64,000 nucleotides of DNA from Eledone cirrhosa (GCA_964016885.1 OZ024747.1:86676001-86740000); one strand, 5' to 3'. Positions 40,061-54,955 are shown, counted from the first letter of the stretch. The notes: generated by a model from the letters alone, not told the origin. Numbers and translations are program-made.

Positions 40061-40987
40061 ATACACACTAATCCAACACGCTCGCAGGCACATACTCAAA
40101 TATACAATCTCATGATAACTGTCACATACAGAGGCACACCATTACTATAGACAGGCACACATACATACTTTCCTACACAACATAATCTGTCACACACACT
40201 CCACAAACATACTTCGGGCCAGGCACACACACATATTCAATATAAGAACACAGAGGCAAACTTGCACATAGATACGCACTCGTTAACACACACCTAAACA
40301 GGCATACACACACATATAGATGAACACATACTGGAATAAAATTTCTCGGGACTTTACCTGGTTTCTGTTCCAACTTTTTGCATCATACTCTGAACACAAG
40401 CATTTGTTTACTGTGTGACACCCCTACTGCCTCTTACAAACGGCTCACTCATGATACACACATACATACTACGCATACACAAACATACATACTACGATAT
40501 AAACACACATAAACCACACGTTCAATAGCCACACTAACACATCATATGATTTCATTTTAAACAGATATATTGTATCAATATCTACATTATCTACTTTCTA
40601 TGTCTTCTTATTATAACAAGGCTGATTTAAGAAAAATTTTATTTCTATTTCTAGTAATATGCTGTAAATAAAGGTTCTTAGCATTTCGCTTGTACTATAT
40701 TTGATTTCGCCGATTTTCTTCCCCTAACATTTACACGGTTTAATCTTGACATTTTCATTGCTTTATTGCTTTATTCCTCGTCCATCTATTCATCAGCTGC
40801 TTATATAATTCGATAAATATGCTTCCGACTTGCCTCTATTGTGTCTTATATTAGTATATATATATATATATATAAATAAAAGTAATTCCAGCTTTGCCTG
40901 ATTTGCTCGTTTTATTTACAATCCTTTAAAATTATAATGGTATTAGAATGAAATAGTATGGTAGAATATTAAATGTTAAGTGTTAAT

Positions 40988-41026
40988 TGAACAAGTACTT
41001 TCATGCCTTCGCAATCTTCAGGTTCA
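40988..41026 (-). ncRNA. Minimal hammerhead ribozyme candidate
   Basis: tgaac-CTGAAGA-ttgcgaaggcat-GAAA-gtac-TT-gttca; about 115 nt upstream of a (TA)n junction. Confidence 0.6.
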
Positions 41027-41577
41027 TATTCTGTGGTGCAAGTCAAGTTTGCAATTTTCTAAAATACTACAGTGGGCCTTGCAATTGACATTGGGCAACC
41101 TGGCAACCTGGCCAGTCCGCCACTGTATATATATCATATATTTAAACAGTAAGTAAATCATATAGTGTTTGAATAAGAAAGACCTGCTGAGAAGGATAAC
41201 ATCAATATATATAACAATGGAAAGACGATCGTAGTTGTAGTTTGGGAAATCAAGGGGATTGGTTGCACATAATCCAACTCGGCATATTGCTTAGTAATAT
41301 CATATAAGAGATTGATGAAATGATACTGGCATTAAAATAATTCCGAAGTGTGTGAGAGCATGTGAAAACGAGCTTATATGTATTGACAGCTTGATCATTG
41401 ACGTATAAATAGGAAGAAAACATATTGCAAAGAAAATGAAATGCAGAGTATGATTAAAAAAAAAAGATCCGAAAACGTGTTGTATGGGTAGTTTGCTATG
41501 CATATTTATGAAGACAATGAGAAACAATGTGCTTGGACGACATAGAATACGAAAAAAGATAACATTCCTACACACAC

Positions 41578-41850
<273 letters not shown>

Positions 41851-43719
41851 TAGGATTGATATTGATGCAATTCAATTCAAGCACTCTACCTACTTTTTCC
41901 ACATAGGAATGACGGAGTATATTTAGAATAAGAAACACAGAAAAAAAAAGAAGAAAAAAACCCGGACGAACAATGTAAGACAATATATATTGAAGTATAA
42001 CGAATACATTAGACGAACAACAGAAACTGTATACATTGTGTAATCTGTAACGAATAAAAAACTATTTAACGTTATTACATTTAATTAAACAACAGCTTAA
42101 CATGTTGGCTACGCGTCACTAAAATGTACTAAAATACAGAAAAACTTACAGAAAATGCACTATAAATACTTAGTGAAAAAATATGCAAAATATTTTCGAA
42201 TCGTTCAACAAGAGATAATAGAATAAAAAATGAAGAAATTAAAAGAACAAACACTTTGAATTTAACCAATATAGAATTTCAAACACTTGGGAAAATCTAA
42301 CATTCCGAAGCCTCGTAGTGAAGGTCAATGGGAAGAAAATTGTATATCGTACGTGCCGAAGTTTATGTCTCAAGAATATAGGGATATGCATGGTAGAATA
42401 ATATTAAGAATTCGTAAACATTACTCTCTGATAAAAACATTATATAGCAGTCGTTGAAATGAAGAGAATCATCAGGTCTGTAGTATTATCAATGTGATTA
42501 CTAGCCTTTTGACGAGGAACAGCATAGCACTGCCCTATGTCATGGTTATATTACAATATTTTGTAGTTTGATAACTATCATATATATACTTATATATAGA
42601 TATATATATTTAAATCTATATTATGTTCGACACCCGAATTTGAAGTGAAAAACAGTGGAACAAAAGATAAGCAGTTCCTTCCAGATATTCTAAAAGAAAT
42701 CCTATTAATTCTCTCTTCCTACGTCTCACAGATTTAATGTATGTATCAGCAACAGGAATTTAGAAGAATATTAATATTTAAAGAATCTTAGGGAGTAAGG
42801 ACTTTTATCTCTCTTTCTCCCCCCTTCTCTCTCTTTATATATATATATATACATGTGAGTGCTTGTATATGTATGTGTCCTTATGGATTAACGGGTGTAA
42901 AATTGTAATATTATTAATAAAGCTATCGATGCATACGTCGCAGACTAAATTAAATCCTTTTTTTAAATTAAAAAACAACAACAGCAGTAATAATAGTAAT
43001 CATAATGATAATAATAATAATAAAAATATCCTTCACATTCCGATTATATTCTATGATTTGCATTTTAGAACAATACGTAATTGAAAATTAAAAAAACTAT
43101 ATAGAAAAGCAAAACATACAAAGAAAAACTGCATCGTGAAAAATAAAGCTAATATAAAACAATAAAATATGGAACCATGTTTATGAATAAAGGGTAAAAA
43201 TACATTTTAATTTGTAATTCACAAAGGAAAAAAAAAACATTTTACATGGAAGGATATCGACTAATCTTGTGAAAGTTGAGAATTGTGAGATATGTGCGGA
43301 ACTCTGTCAAGGAGACACAAAATTAACAAAAAAAAACAAACAAACTATATATATTATTTCAGAATAGTTGTTTAATTTCGCCTGAATTCGCAACACTTAG
43401 TTTCCATTCATTGACCACTCTGGAGTAAAGACTGTGATGGTTGTGCCATATACTGTGCACAGTTCAGTATTTTATGATTTGGCCTATACGTCTTTCTTGC
43501 CTTGTACGTGATATGCTTTATCGCTTCACCATGAATCTTTTGCTGCTTGGATTTCACAGTACTCTCACGCCTTACATTTTTCGTAAGCCTTCTCCAGCTG
43601 ATATTTTTTCTGAACCTTCCTTGGAACAGAACAAGAACTTATCAAGACATGTTTTCTTTCCCCCTAGAATGCTTTCCGCTTGTTATTAATATGCAGTGAA
43701 GCCCTGCTGATATTCTTTT

Positions 43720-43898
43720 AATTGGCAGTATCGGTAGAGGGTCGGATGCCATGGTTTCCAGCATAGTTACGTCCTTTTACGGTGAGTTCAAATCCCGTCG
43801 AGGTTAACTTTGCCTCTTATCCTTACGGGGTCAATAAAATAAAGTACCAGTAATGCACTGGGTAATTGCTGGCCTTGTGTCAAAAGTAGAAACAATTA
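43720..43898 (+). mobile_element. tRNA-derived SINE
   Basis: Family motifs. Confidence 0.85.
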
Positions 43899-44416
43899 TT
43901 TTCTCTGCAAAAACCAAGGTTGTGACCGTTGCTTCATCATCGCTGTTGTTGATTTCAATTTGTTGAACTGCTTCTTGAAAATTCTTTCTTTTTTCTGGAC
44001 GAGCCAATTGTGATACGTTTATACATCTCTGCTCCTAGACAGTGATCCATCTCATATCCGGCAACTCGTTACGTCATACAATCACATAATCAATAATATG
44101 AAAATGACCTGAACGTGGGTGCATCCACATCCCCTTTACTTCTGTTTAAACTATGTGTTTCCTAAGACACACCTGCAGCAGAAAATGTACATTGCTATTG
44201 CACTTTCCCGTCCCATGACGATCTAAGCTGCTCCATGTAGTAAAGTCACATTCAACACGAACATTCAAATCATCCAAACCTACACGTTTGTCATCGCCAT
44301 TTACATTTTAGGAGAGATAAACTCTGATACATTCATACATACATGCATGCATACATACATACACACATACATACATTCATACATGCATACATACATACTT
44401 TCATACATACATACAT

Positions 44417-44998
44417 GATGGCTTCCCCCTCGTTATCGAGTATGCCCATTGTACGATATAACATTATTAATAATTATTAATTAATTCTATCGTGCAATGC
44501 CTGTGCGTGAAGATATGTTTTTAAAGTGAGGAAAGACTGTGCATTGAGCCAATCTCACTCTCTGAGCGACAGTAGCTATAACTCGAAAAGAAGAAAAGAT
44601 CAACATCATCGGTAACTACTGAGCCGCAGGTTTTATATCGGAGTTATCTCAGTTTCCTGAGTTGCCTTCTCCTAGAAGAATGCCCTGACAAAGGCTAGGG
44701 GTCCTTCACTCCCAGTGGTTTAACCGCGCGGTCGGGTGTCCAGCCCAACTATTTCTATGTCCCCGCGCATATACATACACATGCACCCATGTATATACAC
44801 ATATGTATACATATGTACATGTGTATATACATATTTACACACTTTTGGGTGGCCGTTGACTCTTATGAGTTCTTCCGCCCTTTGTCAGGTTTTGTTTTTT
44901 TTTGTCCTGCAGGGTGTCTAAAATCACCCTCCTCACCAAGTAAACTTGGTGGGGTTGCCCGTTTAGTCGCCGATGACCCGAGCATGCGACAGGTTGTA
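44417..44998 (-). mobile_element. Diverged copy of the ~600-bp non-coding retroposon
   Basis: Colinear with 13089-13650; flanked by (CATA)n. Confidence 0.7.
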
Positions 44999-45515
44999 CA
45001 TACATACATGTATGCCTACGTACATGTATTTTGAAGCTGGACAGAATTAATGTACTAAGTTTTTCAAGCTATTAATTTGAAAATATCAGAACAGAACACT
45101 ATGATTTAGAATTTTATAGCTCAGTCTCTTAAAATACTAAGCACGTTGAACCTAAATGATGTTACAGCGTCATGGTTTAGTATCCAGTTAAAGACATTTT
45201 ACCTCAACCAGTTAAATCGTATGGGATTATATTGGAAAGTTCACGATGTAACGAATTCACATTTAACGTTCACATAAACATTTTTTTCTTGTTTTCGTCG
45301 TTGTTTTCGTCGTCTAAGTAAATCAATATACCTCCAAATACATCTTAAAAGGAGAACATTTTCTCTAAGAGAGATGAAATACAGGCCGTTAAAGTATTCG
45401 AGTATGTACATTAGCATCAAATAGAATATATTTTCGTTGCGCTATGGTGTGGAGAATCACATTCTTCTTAATTTGAACTAATATTCATGCAAAGGCATTT
45501 AGAAACTCTTTGAAA

Positions 45516-45572
<57 letters not shown>

Positions 45573-45677
45573 ATTACAAATAAAAACATATCTTCTGAAT
45601 AATTCGGAAGATGTTAATATATAATATGCATATGGGCACACACATATATATGTATACGCACATGCACACAAACACAA

Positions 45678-45729
<52 letters not shown>

Positions 45730-45814
45730 GTATGTATATATACATTCATATATAGAGTTGCTTGAGGTACTCCAACTCATATATATTTATATAAACAGTA
45801 TATATATATATATT

Positions 45815-46400
45815 AACATTTGCGCCCCGACATAGCTCTTCTTAAAGGGTGGCGATGCTGTCCCCCTCAGGCACTGCTTTCGCTTGACAGACTTGAGTCG
45901 TACGTTGACATCAAGGGCTTCCAGTTAGTGTTCCTCGTTCGTCACATGTCTATTTCTTTTGCCATTCTCCATCTTATGACTATGCAGAGCTCTGTGTATT
46001 CAATTTTCTGTACGTCTATTCCGCTCCTCTTCAGGCAACTCATCTTCTCTCAGCTGCTTCGTCTCCGCAAAGATTTTATCAGGTTTAGATCGTTTGTTCT
46101 GTCCAGCTGTTTCCCAAGCAGTCTCAAAGATGACGGTGGTGCGTCTCTCACACTCTGTGTTGATGTCTTCTGATGGTGTTAGAACCATGAATCTGCTGAT
46201 AACACCTTGGTGTTTAGTCTCTTGGGCGATCTGATGAATCTCGCTCTCTCTAGCTTTGTGTTGATGGTGCCCCACACCATGCGGTGGTTGCTGCCTGTGT
46301 TAAAACTGTCGAAGATGGAGACGTCTGTGTAAATGTCTGGTTTGTTTGTAAGATAGAAGTTGAGTTTGTTTTTCGAGTGCCAGATATTGTCAATGCCATG
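45815..46400 (-). mobile_element. Degenerate LINE fragment (end of APE, linker; RTE-like)
   Basis: Manual translation gives KNKLNFYLTNKPDIYTDVSIFDSFNTGSNHRMV, a decayed SDH motif. Confidence 0.6.
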
Positions 46401-47804
46401 ATGAGATCAAAACACCGCTGAGCAGGCTACATCACCGGGGGACAGGTCAACAGTTAGACCATCAGAGTGACGGAGTAAACTCCACGAGAGTGGACCAAAT
46501 CGGGAGCACAACCAAGAGTGAAAATAAGAGACGATCTTACCCGTCATGTGGGATCCAAACAGCCAAGGTAAGCCCTGACCGATGTCACTGGAAGCACTCA
46601 AGCGAGGAGCTCGTCCTCCAGAAGTGATAATGCCCTGATGATGTTGGTAGACATGGTAGCGATGGAACGTCATCAATATCTCCACCGCCGAAAACACCAC
46701 CATTATGATTTACTCTGAGTTACTTCCCTTATTTATTTTAAAATACACGCGCATAGCACTTAAACTGTATGCAGAACGCCTTTGTTCCTCCTCAACTAGG
46801 TCTAAACACATATATAATTTCCTATTACAGTTAATGTTGTTTACGTAACGTTACAGGCTTTATCTTTCCCAATATTTTCTTACTTAAGCCAATTAGACTT
46901 AAGCCAATCCCAGTTGGATTTTCTGATTATTGATGTGCACAGGCAGGGCCGATATGGGGTTGAACTACAACTCACTAGTTTTTGTCATTTCTGTCTCTGC
47001 ATGAAACATTATATAATAAATTATAAGCTGTTTCCAGGACTTGATTACGAACCGTGTTTCCAGTTCCCTTCTTTTACAAGCTTGAAGATGTGATTAACGT
47101 GATATGCTGTTATTTATCTTCCTCTATAAATGCGAACTCGTGAATCTATTATATAAATATGTTATTGTCGCCTTTTCTACGCTCAATTTTATTCTAACAT
47201 AACTTAATTCCTTTGTTTGAAGTGTTTTGTAAAGAAATTTAAAAACGAAAGAATTATCACCGCAAGAAAAATTAGAATTATGAAAAATTTGTAAGAAAAC
47301 ATACAAAACATATTTTATCCACCGTGATTTCATAATCGCTGTGAGTCAAATTATATAAAATCAAAGCTAATACAAGAATCAATAATTACAACGAGAACAA
47401 AAACCACAACAAACCAAACACGCTCGCTCATTCATTGACAATACAGTCAACATGATCACCGATAATAGCAGGTGCAACAGTAAATTACCGCTATCAGGAA
47501 AAATGCAAAACTCCGAGCTGCAGAGAATAGATTTAGAATAAACATAATATCATGAACAGCAGGAAGAACAATAGCAATATTGCAAGTAATTAAAATTAAA
47601 GTAAAGCATAAAACAGTCAGCAACCACATGAACGAACACTACTTTATTCTTTGATAGGTTTTAGTCATTTCATAGGTTTTCGTCATCCTGGGGCACCAGG
47701 TTAAGGGATTTTGTAGATTATATTGGCCACAAATATTTATTTTTTAAGTCTGCTACTTATTTATCGATATTTATTTGTCAATCCTCTAATATACGGTGCA
47801 TAAA

Positions 47805-48056
47805 GACACACACTCACACATGTGCACACACTCAAACATGTGCACACAGTCAAACACATGCACACAGTCAAACACATGCACACATTCAAACATGTGCACC
47901 CACTCAATCATGTGCACACACTCAAAGATGTTCACACACTGAAACATGCACACACTCAAACATGTGCACACACTCACAACTCCCATATATGCACACACTC
48001 TAACATGCACACACTCACACACGTGAACACACTCAAACATATGCACACACTCACAT
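47805..48056. repeat. 18-bp minisatellite (CATGTGCACACACTCAAA)n
   Basis: Direct observation. Confidence 0.9.
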
Positions 48057-48226
48057 AATATATACTTAGATACGACGCGCTACTGCGCTTTTTGTCTTCC
48101 AAATTCAACTTACAAGCCATTGGTCAGCATGAAGCTATAGTAGAAGACATTGTCCAAGGTGTTATATTCTGACTTCCATGACTAAAACTGTAAAAAGTCT
48201 AGCGACGCAGTTAACGTGGCGGATTA

Positions 48227-48690
48227 TAATAATTGTTTCTACTTTTGGCGCAAGGCCAGTAATTACCCCAGTTTATTACTGGTACTTTATTTTATCGACC
48301 CCGTATGGATAAAAGGCAAAGTTAACCTCGGCGGGATTTGACCTCAGATCATAAAGGACCGTAACTCTATGCTGCAAAACATGGCGTCCGAACCCCTGAA
48401 AATAATGATTTCTAATTTAGATACAAGGCCAGCAATTTAAGGGCAAGGGTAACGCGGTTTTATCGAAAACATTACTTGAGCGGTATTTTATTTATCGATA
48501 ATGAATGGCAAATATGGCCTCAGTATAAAAGCTATGAATACATAATAATTCTTTCTAACTTTGGCCCAAAACCAGTAATTTGGAGGATGGGGAAAGTCGA
48601 GTATACCAACAGCAGTTCTTAAGCGGTACTTACTTTTTCAACCCCAGAAGAATGATATGCAAATTGACCTCAACATGTCTAGAACTCAGA
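48227..48690 (-). mobile_element. SINE cluster (one young copy, two decayed)
   Basis: Family tail and core motifs repeated. Confidence 0.75.
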
Positions 48691-50864
48691 TGAGCAGAGC
48701 TGGATTTAATGGGGGCAAGAGGGGAAATTGCTCCAGGCCCACCGCAGCAGGAGCCCTGCCAGCAATGGATGTAGTGATTCATTTGTGCCCTCTGCTGGGC
48801 GTTTTAGTTTATCACATTGATAACTAGCATGTGATTACCCTTTTAGTACCAGTGTCACGATAAATGCACTTAGCTCATCCTGTAAATTGTTAGTATTGGT
48901 GCCTTGTTCGAATATACATAGTCCACTGAGTAAAGCAGTTGTGCTGCCTTCGCAAAAACAATTTACCCAGTAAACATTCTAAAGTGATTATGTTAGGAAG
49001 GGCATCCAAACATAGAAACTTTGCCAAATATTTAATGAATGTGGAAGATGAGGTCGGTCCGATATGTCTGATCTCGGACTGTGACAACCCGTCCAACACA
49101 TAGAAGAGTGGAAAGTGGACGTTGAATGAGGATGGCTAGATTTTTAAACTTAATACCTGTATGTACCCGCCAAAGTCTAAATTCGGCCATGCAGATGAAG
49201 AACATACTAATTCTTTCTAACATTTTCAAAAGTCCAACGTTTTAGGAAAAGATGAAAGTTGGTAATTTAGACCTCAATACATAAATGATACTTATTTTAT
49301 CAACCTCGGATTGGTGAAAAGCAAAGTTGTGGTCGGCAAGATTTGAACTCCGAGGAAGGAAATAATAATAAAATAAGAAAACCAAGTTTGCTGATATGGC
49401 AACAACCTTTGTTAACTATCATGTTTTAAAAACGTTCTGAATGTGTTAAAAATACGAAATTAAAAACCATGCTGGATGTTTGCTAGATCCAATAACACAT
49501 AACAACTGATGCTGCTGTGTAATCCATAGAATTAGATTATCTATTATTAAATCTTCATGTATTCACTGTCAATACACCTTGTATTTGATGGGTGAACCAA
49601 GCGAGTATGTTTTTATGTTTATGGTGCCCTGAATAATATGTAAAGATTGATGGATTTCTTTATCATGCATGCGTCTACAGATAATGACCAATACATTCCG
49701 AATTGTTATTCATCATTAGATTCTATGAATACATCAAAACTTTGTGTAAAGGTGTGTCTAAATTGGATTAGGCAGTTTGAGTCATGATAGTGAGTCGCCC
49801 GTTCTGTCCTTCAAAAAGTCTCATTATTTCATGTCCACGCTGCTTAAAAAAATAACACGAGTTGCACGGGTAATTGAAAGAGTCAACCTTGTCTCAAACA
49901 GTTACACTGAATGTCTCTGAGAATTAGATCAAGGGTTCATGTAACTACAGAGTGCTCAGCCATTAGCAAGTTAATTTCTTAAGTATGATATTCCAGTGTT
50001 TGAACAACTGGAACACTCACTGTCCGAAACGATGAAAATCCCAAAACAACATAACAACTTGATGAGACGGAGTTTTCAATACATTTATGTCCGCTAATGC
50101 CAACTGGAAAACACCAGATACATTTTGTTTCGGGGTTCCGGTGAGCAGGATTGCGAATGCGTTACTTCGGTGAATAACTAGAGAAATACACAGAAGTAAA
50201 TGTTTAAAGAAATGATTTATTTCAACGAGTTTGAATGTTGGGAACATTTCAAAAATTGATCGCTTTTCCCCGGTAATTTTCAATAAAAACATGTCACTTT
50301 CATTAAGCTAAGCAATGATGTTGTATCACTGACGTTACTAATTTTCATTTTATACAGTTATAAATAGTTTGATGTACTATAGTAGAAACAGATAAATGTC
50401 ATGATTATTGTCTGAGGCTGCCATGAATAATAGATTTATTAATAATATTGTCGAATTCTGCAATAATTTTGCGAAAATGTATGGTAATTTATTACTGGAT
50501 AAACTGTACAATTAGCAGTAACATGTTTAAATAAACACATTGAAGTGAACAAATCCACATAGTTACATCTAAAATTCCTTCCTTAAACCAAAAATATATA
50601 TATATCACGATAAATTAACGGAGCCATAGACTCTCGCTATTCCCTGTCAGTCTTGTGCTCAAAGGAGAAGGAATCCCGAGCCCTTTATAATACAATATGT
50701 AGAAAAGATAACACACTAGAGAGAGAGAGAGATAGTGCACCATCAATCAAACAGGGAAAAAACCACCAGTGTATGGAATCTATAGCCCATGGAAGGCAAA
50801 GTAGACACACAATAATTAAAAGTATAAATTAAAGTGTAAATACATACCTCCATAACTATCTAAC

Positions 50865-50947
50865 ACACACGTACAAATCCAAAGAGATCTGTTTCACCAA
50901 AAAAGTTGTTGACAGAAATGACTAGCCAATGGTTCATCAGCGTGTGT
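50865..50947 (-). ncRNA. Type-I hammerhead ribozyme candidate (complete three-stem fold)
   Basis: acacacg-CTGATGA-acca..tggt-GAAA-cagatc tctttg gatttg-TA-cgtgtgt. Confidence 0.8.
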
Positions 50948-51350
50948 AAGGCTATACATTTCAGACAACACTAAAAGAATCTAAAGCGACTGTTTTTCCC
51001 TGGTTGACTGATGGCGCACTATCTCTCTCTCAAGTGAGTTATCTTTTCTACATATTGTATTATAAAGGGCTCGGGATTCCTTCTCCTTTGAGCACATTAC
51101 TGACAGGGAATAGCGAGAGTCTATGGCTCCGTTAATTTATCGTGATATTTCGCTCTTTATATACAATCTTTCCCCCCTCTCTCTCTGTTTGGTTGAGTAC
51201 ACTTCTCTTAGTGGTTTGGGCTGCCCTTTCTACAGCTCGTCCCTCAGACACCACTGGTTACTGCCCTAGGCACGCTGTGAATTCTCTCTCCCAGGTGTGG
51301 CTGGACGGGCACTTTAGATTCTCTTAGTGTTGTCTGAAATGTATATCCTT

Positions 51351-51433
51351 ACACATGCTGATGAACCATGGTCTAATCATTTCTGTCAACAACTTATTTG
51401 GCGAAACAGATCTTTTTGGATTTGTACGTGTGT
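51351..51433 (+). ncRNA. Second copy of the type-I hammerhead
   Basis: acacatg-CTGATGA-acca..tggc-GAAA-cagatc..gatttg-TA-cgtgtgt; A-C mismatch at the base of stem II. Confidence 0.7.
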
Positions 51434-51600
51434 GTTAGATAGTTATCGAGGTATGTATTTACACTTTAATTTATACTTTTAATTATTGTGTGTCTACTCT
51501 GCCTTCCATGGGCTACAGATTCCATACACTGGTGGTTTTTCCCTGTTTGACTGATGGCGCACTATCTCTCTCTCTAGTGTGTTATCTTTTCTACATATTG

Positions 51601-51648
<48 letters not shown>

Positions 51649-52086
51649 AATATTATTTATAGTTATATATACACTATATACAACTATAAACAGGAAAGGT
51701 TATTAATTTACTACGTTATTACCAGTAAGAAAAATAGCTCAATGTAAATACATCAGATGTTTTACTCACCAGGAATATAAATTACACAATAATCAAAACT
51801 ATGTTCAAATCATTTTATTGCTGACAATCGTTGGGAATCCTCGGAGCACTAGTGTGACTCTTTAATTATTATACAATTCTCTTGTAATCTCTGTCACATC
51901 CATTCCACTCTGTAAATACGAAACTGTTGATGACAACATTAATATCCATGTATCTATATGATTGTTCTGTTGAATAGGAAGTTAATTATATGTCCAAACT
52001 TTGCTAGTGCTCCGAGGATTCCAAACGAAAGTTTGTAAGAAACGATTGTCAGCAATAAAATGATTTGAACATAGTTTTGTGTAATT

Positions 52087-52189
<103 letters not shown>

Positions 52190-52330
52190 ATATTTTTATA
52201 TATATATATATATTTTTATATATATATATATATATTTTACATATATATATATATTTTATATATATATATATATATTTTATATATATATATATATATTTTA
52301 TATATATATATATTATATATATATATATAT

Positions 52331-52594
52331 ATTATTAGATATGTTAGCTATCGCCGTATTTTGACTAAAGAAATTAAAGAAATTATTTAGCCTGATAGTG
52401 GGGTTAAGAACCCTCGGAGAAATGGAAAAAGATGAGTATTGACGTGTACGTCAATACTCATCTTTTTCCATTTCTCCGAGGGTTCTTAACCCCACTATCA
52501 GGCTAAATAATTTCTTTAATTTCTTTAGTCAAAATACGGCGATAGCTAACATTTCTAATAATTTCAAATCCACTCGCTGTTTCGAAAATATTCT

Positions 52595-52597
<3 letters not shown>
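52331..52597. repeat. (TA)n-flanked foldback with ~115-bp arms
   Basis: 52331-52562 is palindromic about GACGT-GT-ACGTC. Confidence 0.92.
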
Positions 52598-52669
<72 letters not shown>

Positions 52670-53805
52670 ATATATATTTTATTCAGGTGTGACATGAAGC
52701 TATAATTGTATGTGTGTGCATGTGTGTGTGAGTGTGTGTGTGTGTCGGACGTAGCTTAACGTTTCGACGAAATAATATTGATAAAATGTACTAGACTTGA
52801 CAAAATGAGTATTCGTGAGGAAAGAGTCGATTTCATCAGCTAAATCTCTTCAAGTCGACGCCCCACTATAGCTGAAATCCTATGATTGAAACCAGAACAG
52901 AATAAATGAAGAAAAGAATAGTATATATTCAGAGATTGATAGAAAGTTTACATAGAAACAGTTGTTTGGTATCGTATGTACCAAAGGCTAATCAGAAAAT
53001 TACAATATCTTGTATTGCATCGAAAAGAACCTAAGAATACAAACCGTAGAAAATTCAACAAGCAGTGTAATGTTTTCCCCGTGTCTATCTAATATATTAA
53101 CAATTCTCACGTTGCCAACATTTGCTGATATTGTAGATTTTGATTGATGTTGTCCTTATGCAACAGATAATAACATGATGCACCTGAGATGTTGAAGTAC
53201 TTTAGAGTGGTATATCTGATGTATAGGATGATTCTTTTTAGAATGAATGGTTAGAAAGAGAGAATGAAAAATGGACTTAAAGAAGTAAAGTATAGAAAAA
53301 ATATGGGAATATCAATAGGGACACAAAGAGAGGGAGTGCAAAGATCAACCAAAGGAAACAAAATAATGGAAAGAATGACCGCAAGTCATGAGCTGAAAGA
53401 AAAACAGCAAAAATATATAGTAATATAAAAAAAAGTAGTGAAATGGTGGATAAGCATGTAGATAGATAGAGAGTGAAGGTGGAAAGAGAGAAGAGACAGA
53501 GTGTGAGAGAAGAAAGAGAACGTGGGAGAGGAAATAGAAACTGGAAGATTAAGAGATGAGAGCTACAAAAAATATGATAGATCACGAAAAAATAAAAAGG
53601 GAAAATGGCGAAAAGAAGAGAAGAAATAATGCAATGAACAAAAAGAGCAAAACAACAACTGGAGGAGACAGATGGTGTAAACGAAATCTATAATTAATAT
53701 GGATGGATTATAGAGGAAGTAAAACGTATAATACAAACGTACACATATATATTCAATATAGAAAGGCTTCTACAGTACTAGAACTGTTTCATTCCGGAGA
53801 AATCA

Positions 53806-53830
<25 letters not shown>

Positions 53831-53837
<7 letters not shown>

Positions 53838-54955
53838 ATACTTTGGGAGGGTCATGTTGCCAATAAGAAACACACGCACCAGTTGCTTTCACTTCAATTT
53901 ATTATATATTTATAAATTTACAAATCTACAAACTTATAAATTTCTGGTTGGTTGGTTGGTTCCACAACCAGATAGTTGTTTATATATAGTCATAGTCCTT
54001 TCGTCACACACTCTGTGACCTCTTCAGTGACAGGGGATTCCTGTCTTTGTTTCTGTGCCTTTCCTTTCTTCTGTCCTACGCCATTTTGTTTCTGTGTGTG
54101 TGTTGTGTGCTTAGTTTGCGCATGCGCCACATCCGGGTGTCTGTGTGTGTTTGTGTTCATTTGTCTATTTGTTTATTTATTTATTTATTTATTGTTGGTT
54201 GGTTTTTTGTTCTATGTGTGTGTGTGTTTTCATTTTGTCCTTAATTGTAAGTTGTGATGTTGCTGTTCCACTCATATTTTCTATTTAATTTTGGTTGTAA
54301 TTCTTTTATGCTTACTGCCTCTGTAATTTGCCTAAACATTGCATCTTTTCTGTGTGTGGATTCTATTTTTATTTCTATGTTCTCTAATTTACCCCCGTGC
54401 TCTATCTTAGCATGTTAGTAAAGCACAGATGATTCTTTATTATCTTGAAGGTCTCGCCAGTGTTCATTTATTCGTTCCCCTATACTACGAGCTGTCTCAC
54501 CTATGTACACTATATTTTTGTTTCTACAATGTCCTTCAGTACATCTTATGCTACACACACACATAGAACAAACAACCAACCAACAATAAATAAATAAATA
54601 AATAAACAAATAGATAAATGAACACAAACACACCCAGACACCCGGATGTGGCGCATGCGCAAACTGAGCACACAACACACACACAGAAACAAAATGGCGT
54701 AGGACAGAAGAAAGGAAAGGCACAGAAACAAAGACAGGAATCCCCAGTCACTGAAGAGGTCACAGAGTGTGTGACGAAAGGACTATGACTATATATAAAC
54801 AACTATCTGGTTGTGGAACCAACCAACCAACCAGAAATTTATAAGTTTGTAGATTTGTAGATTTATAAATTTATAAATATATAATAAATTGAAGTGAAAG
54901 CAACTGGTGCGTGTGTTTCTTATTGGCAACATGACCCTCCCAAAGTATAACAATA
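53831..54955 (-). mobile_element. 5'-truncated Penelope-like element: GIY-YIG endonuclease remnant with inverted pseudo-LTRs
   Basis: CTEGHC..VYIGETARSIGERINEH at about 54420-54545; 53831-54226 is the reverse complement of 54553-54955; TA-rich termini. Confidence 0.92.
54746..54790 (+). ncRNA. Minimal hammerhead in the pseudo-LTR (mirror copy at 53989-54031, minus strand)
   Basis: agtca-CTGAAGA-g gtcaca gagtg tgtgac-GAAA-ggac-TA-tgact. Confidence 0.7.

Larger units (their letters stand above)
50602..51603. mobile_element. ORF-less hammerhead-bearing element (retrozyme-like or non-autonomous Penelope), direct unit plus inverted arm
   Basis: 50992-51061 recurs at 51535-51604 (period 543 bp); inverted arm at 50602-50986; (TA)n at both outer ends. 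Confidence 0.75.

Noticed and set aside
43360-44060. Possible Tc1-like transposase relic around a SINE
   Set aside because: No convincing DDE motif or TIR could be read
46630-46680. Hammerhead at CTGATGA
   Set aside because: No properly placed GAAA or stems I and III
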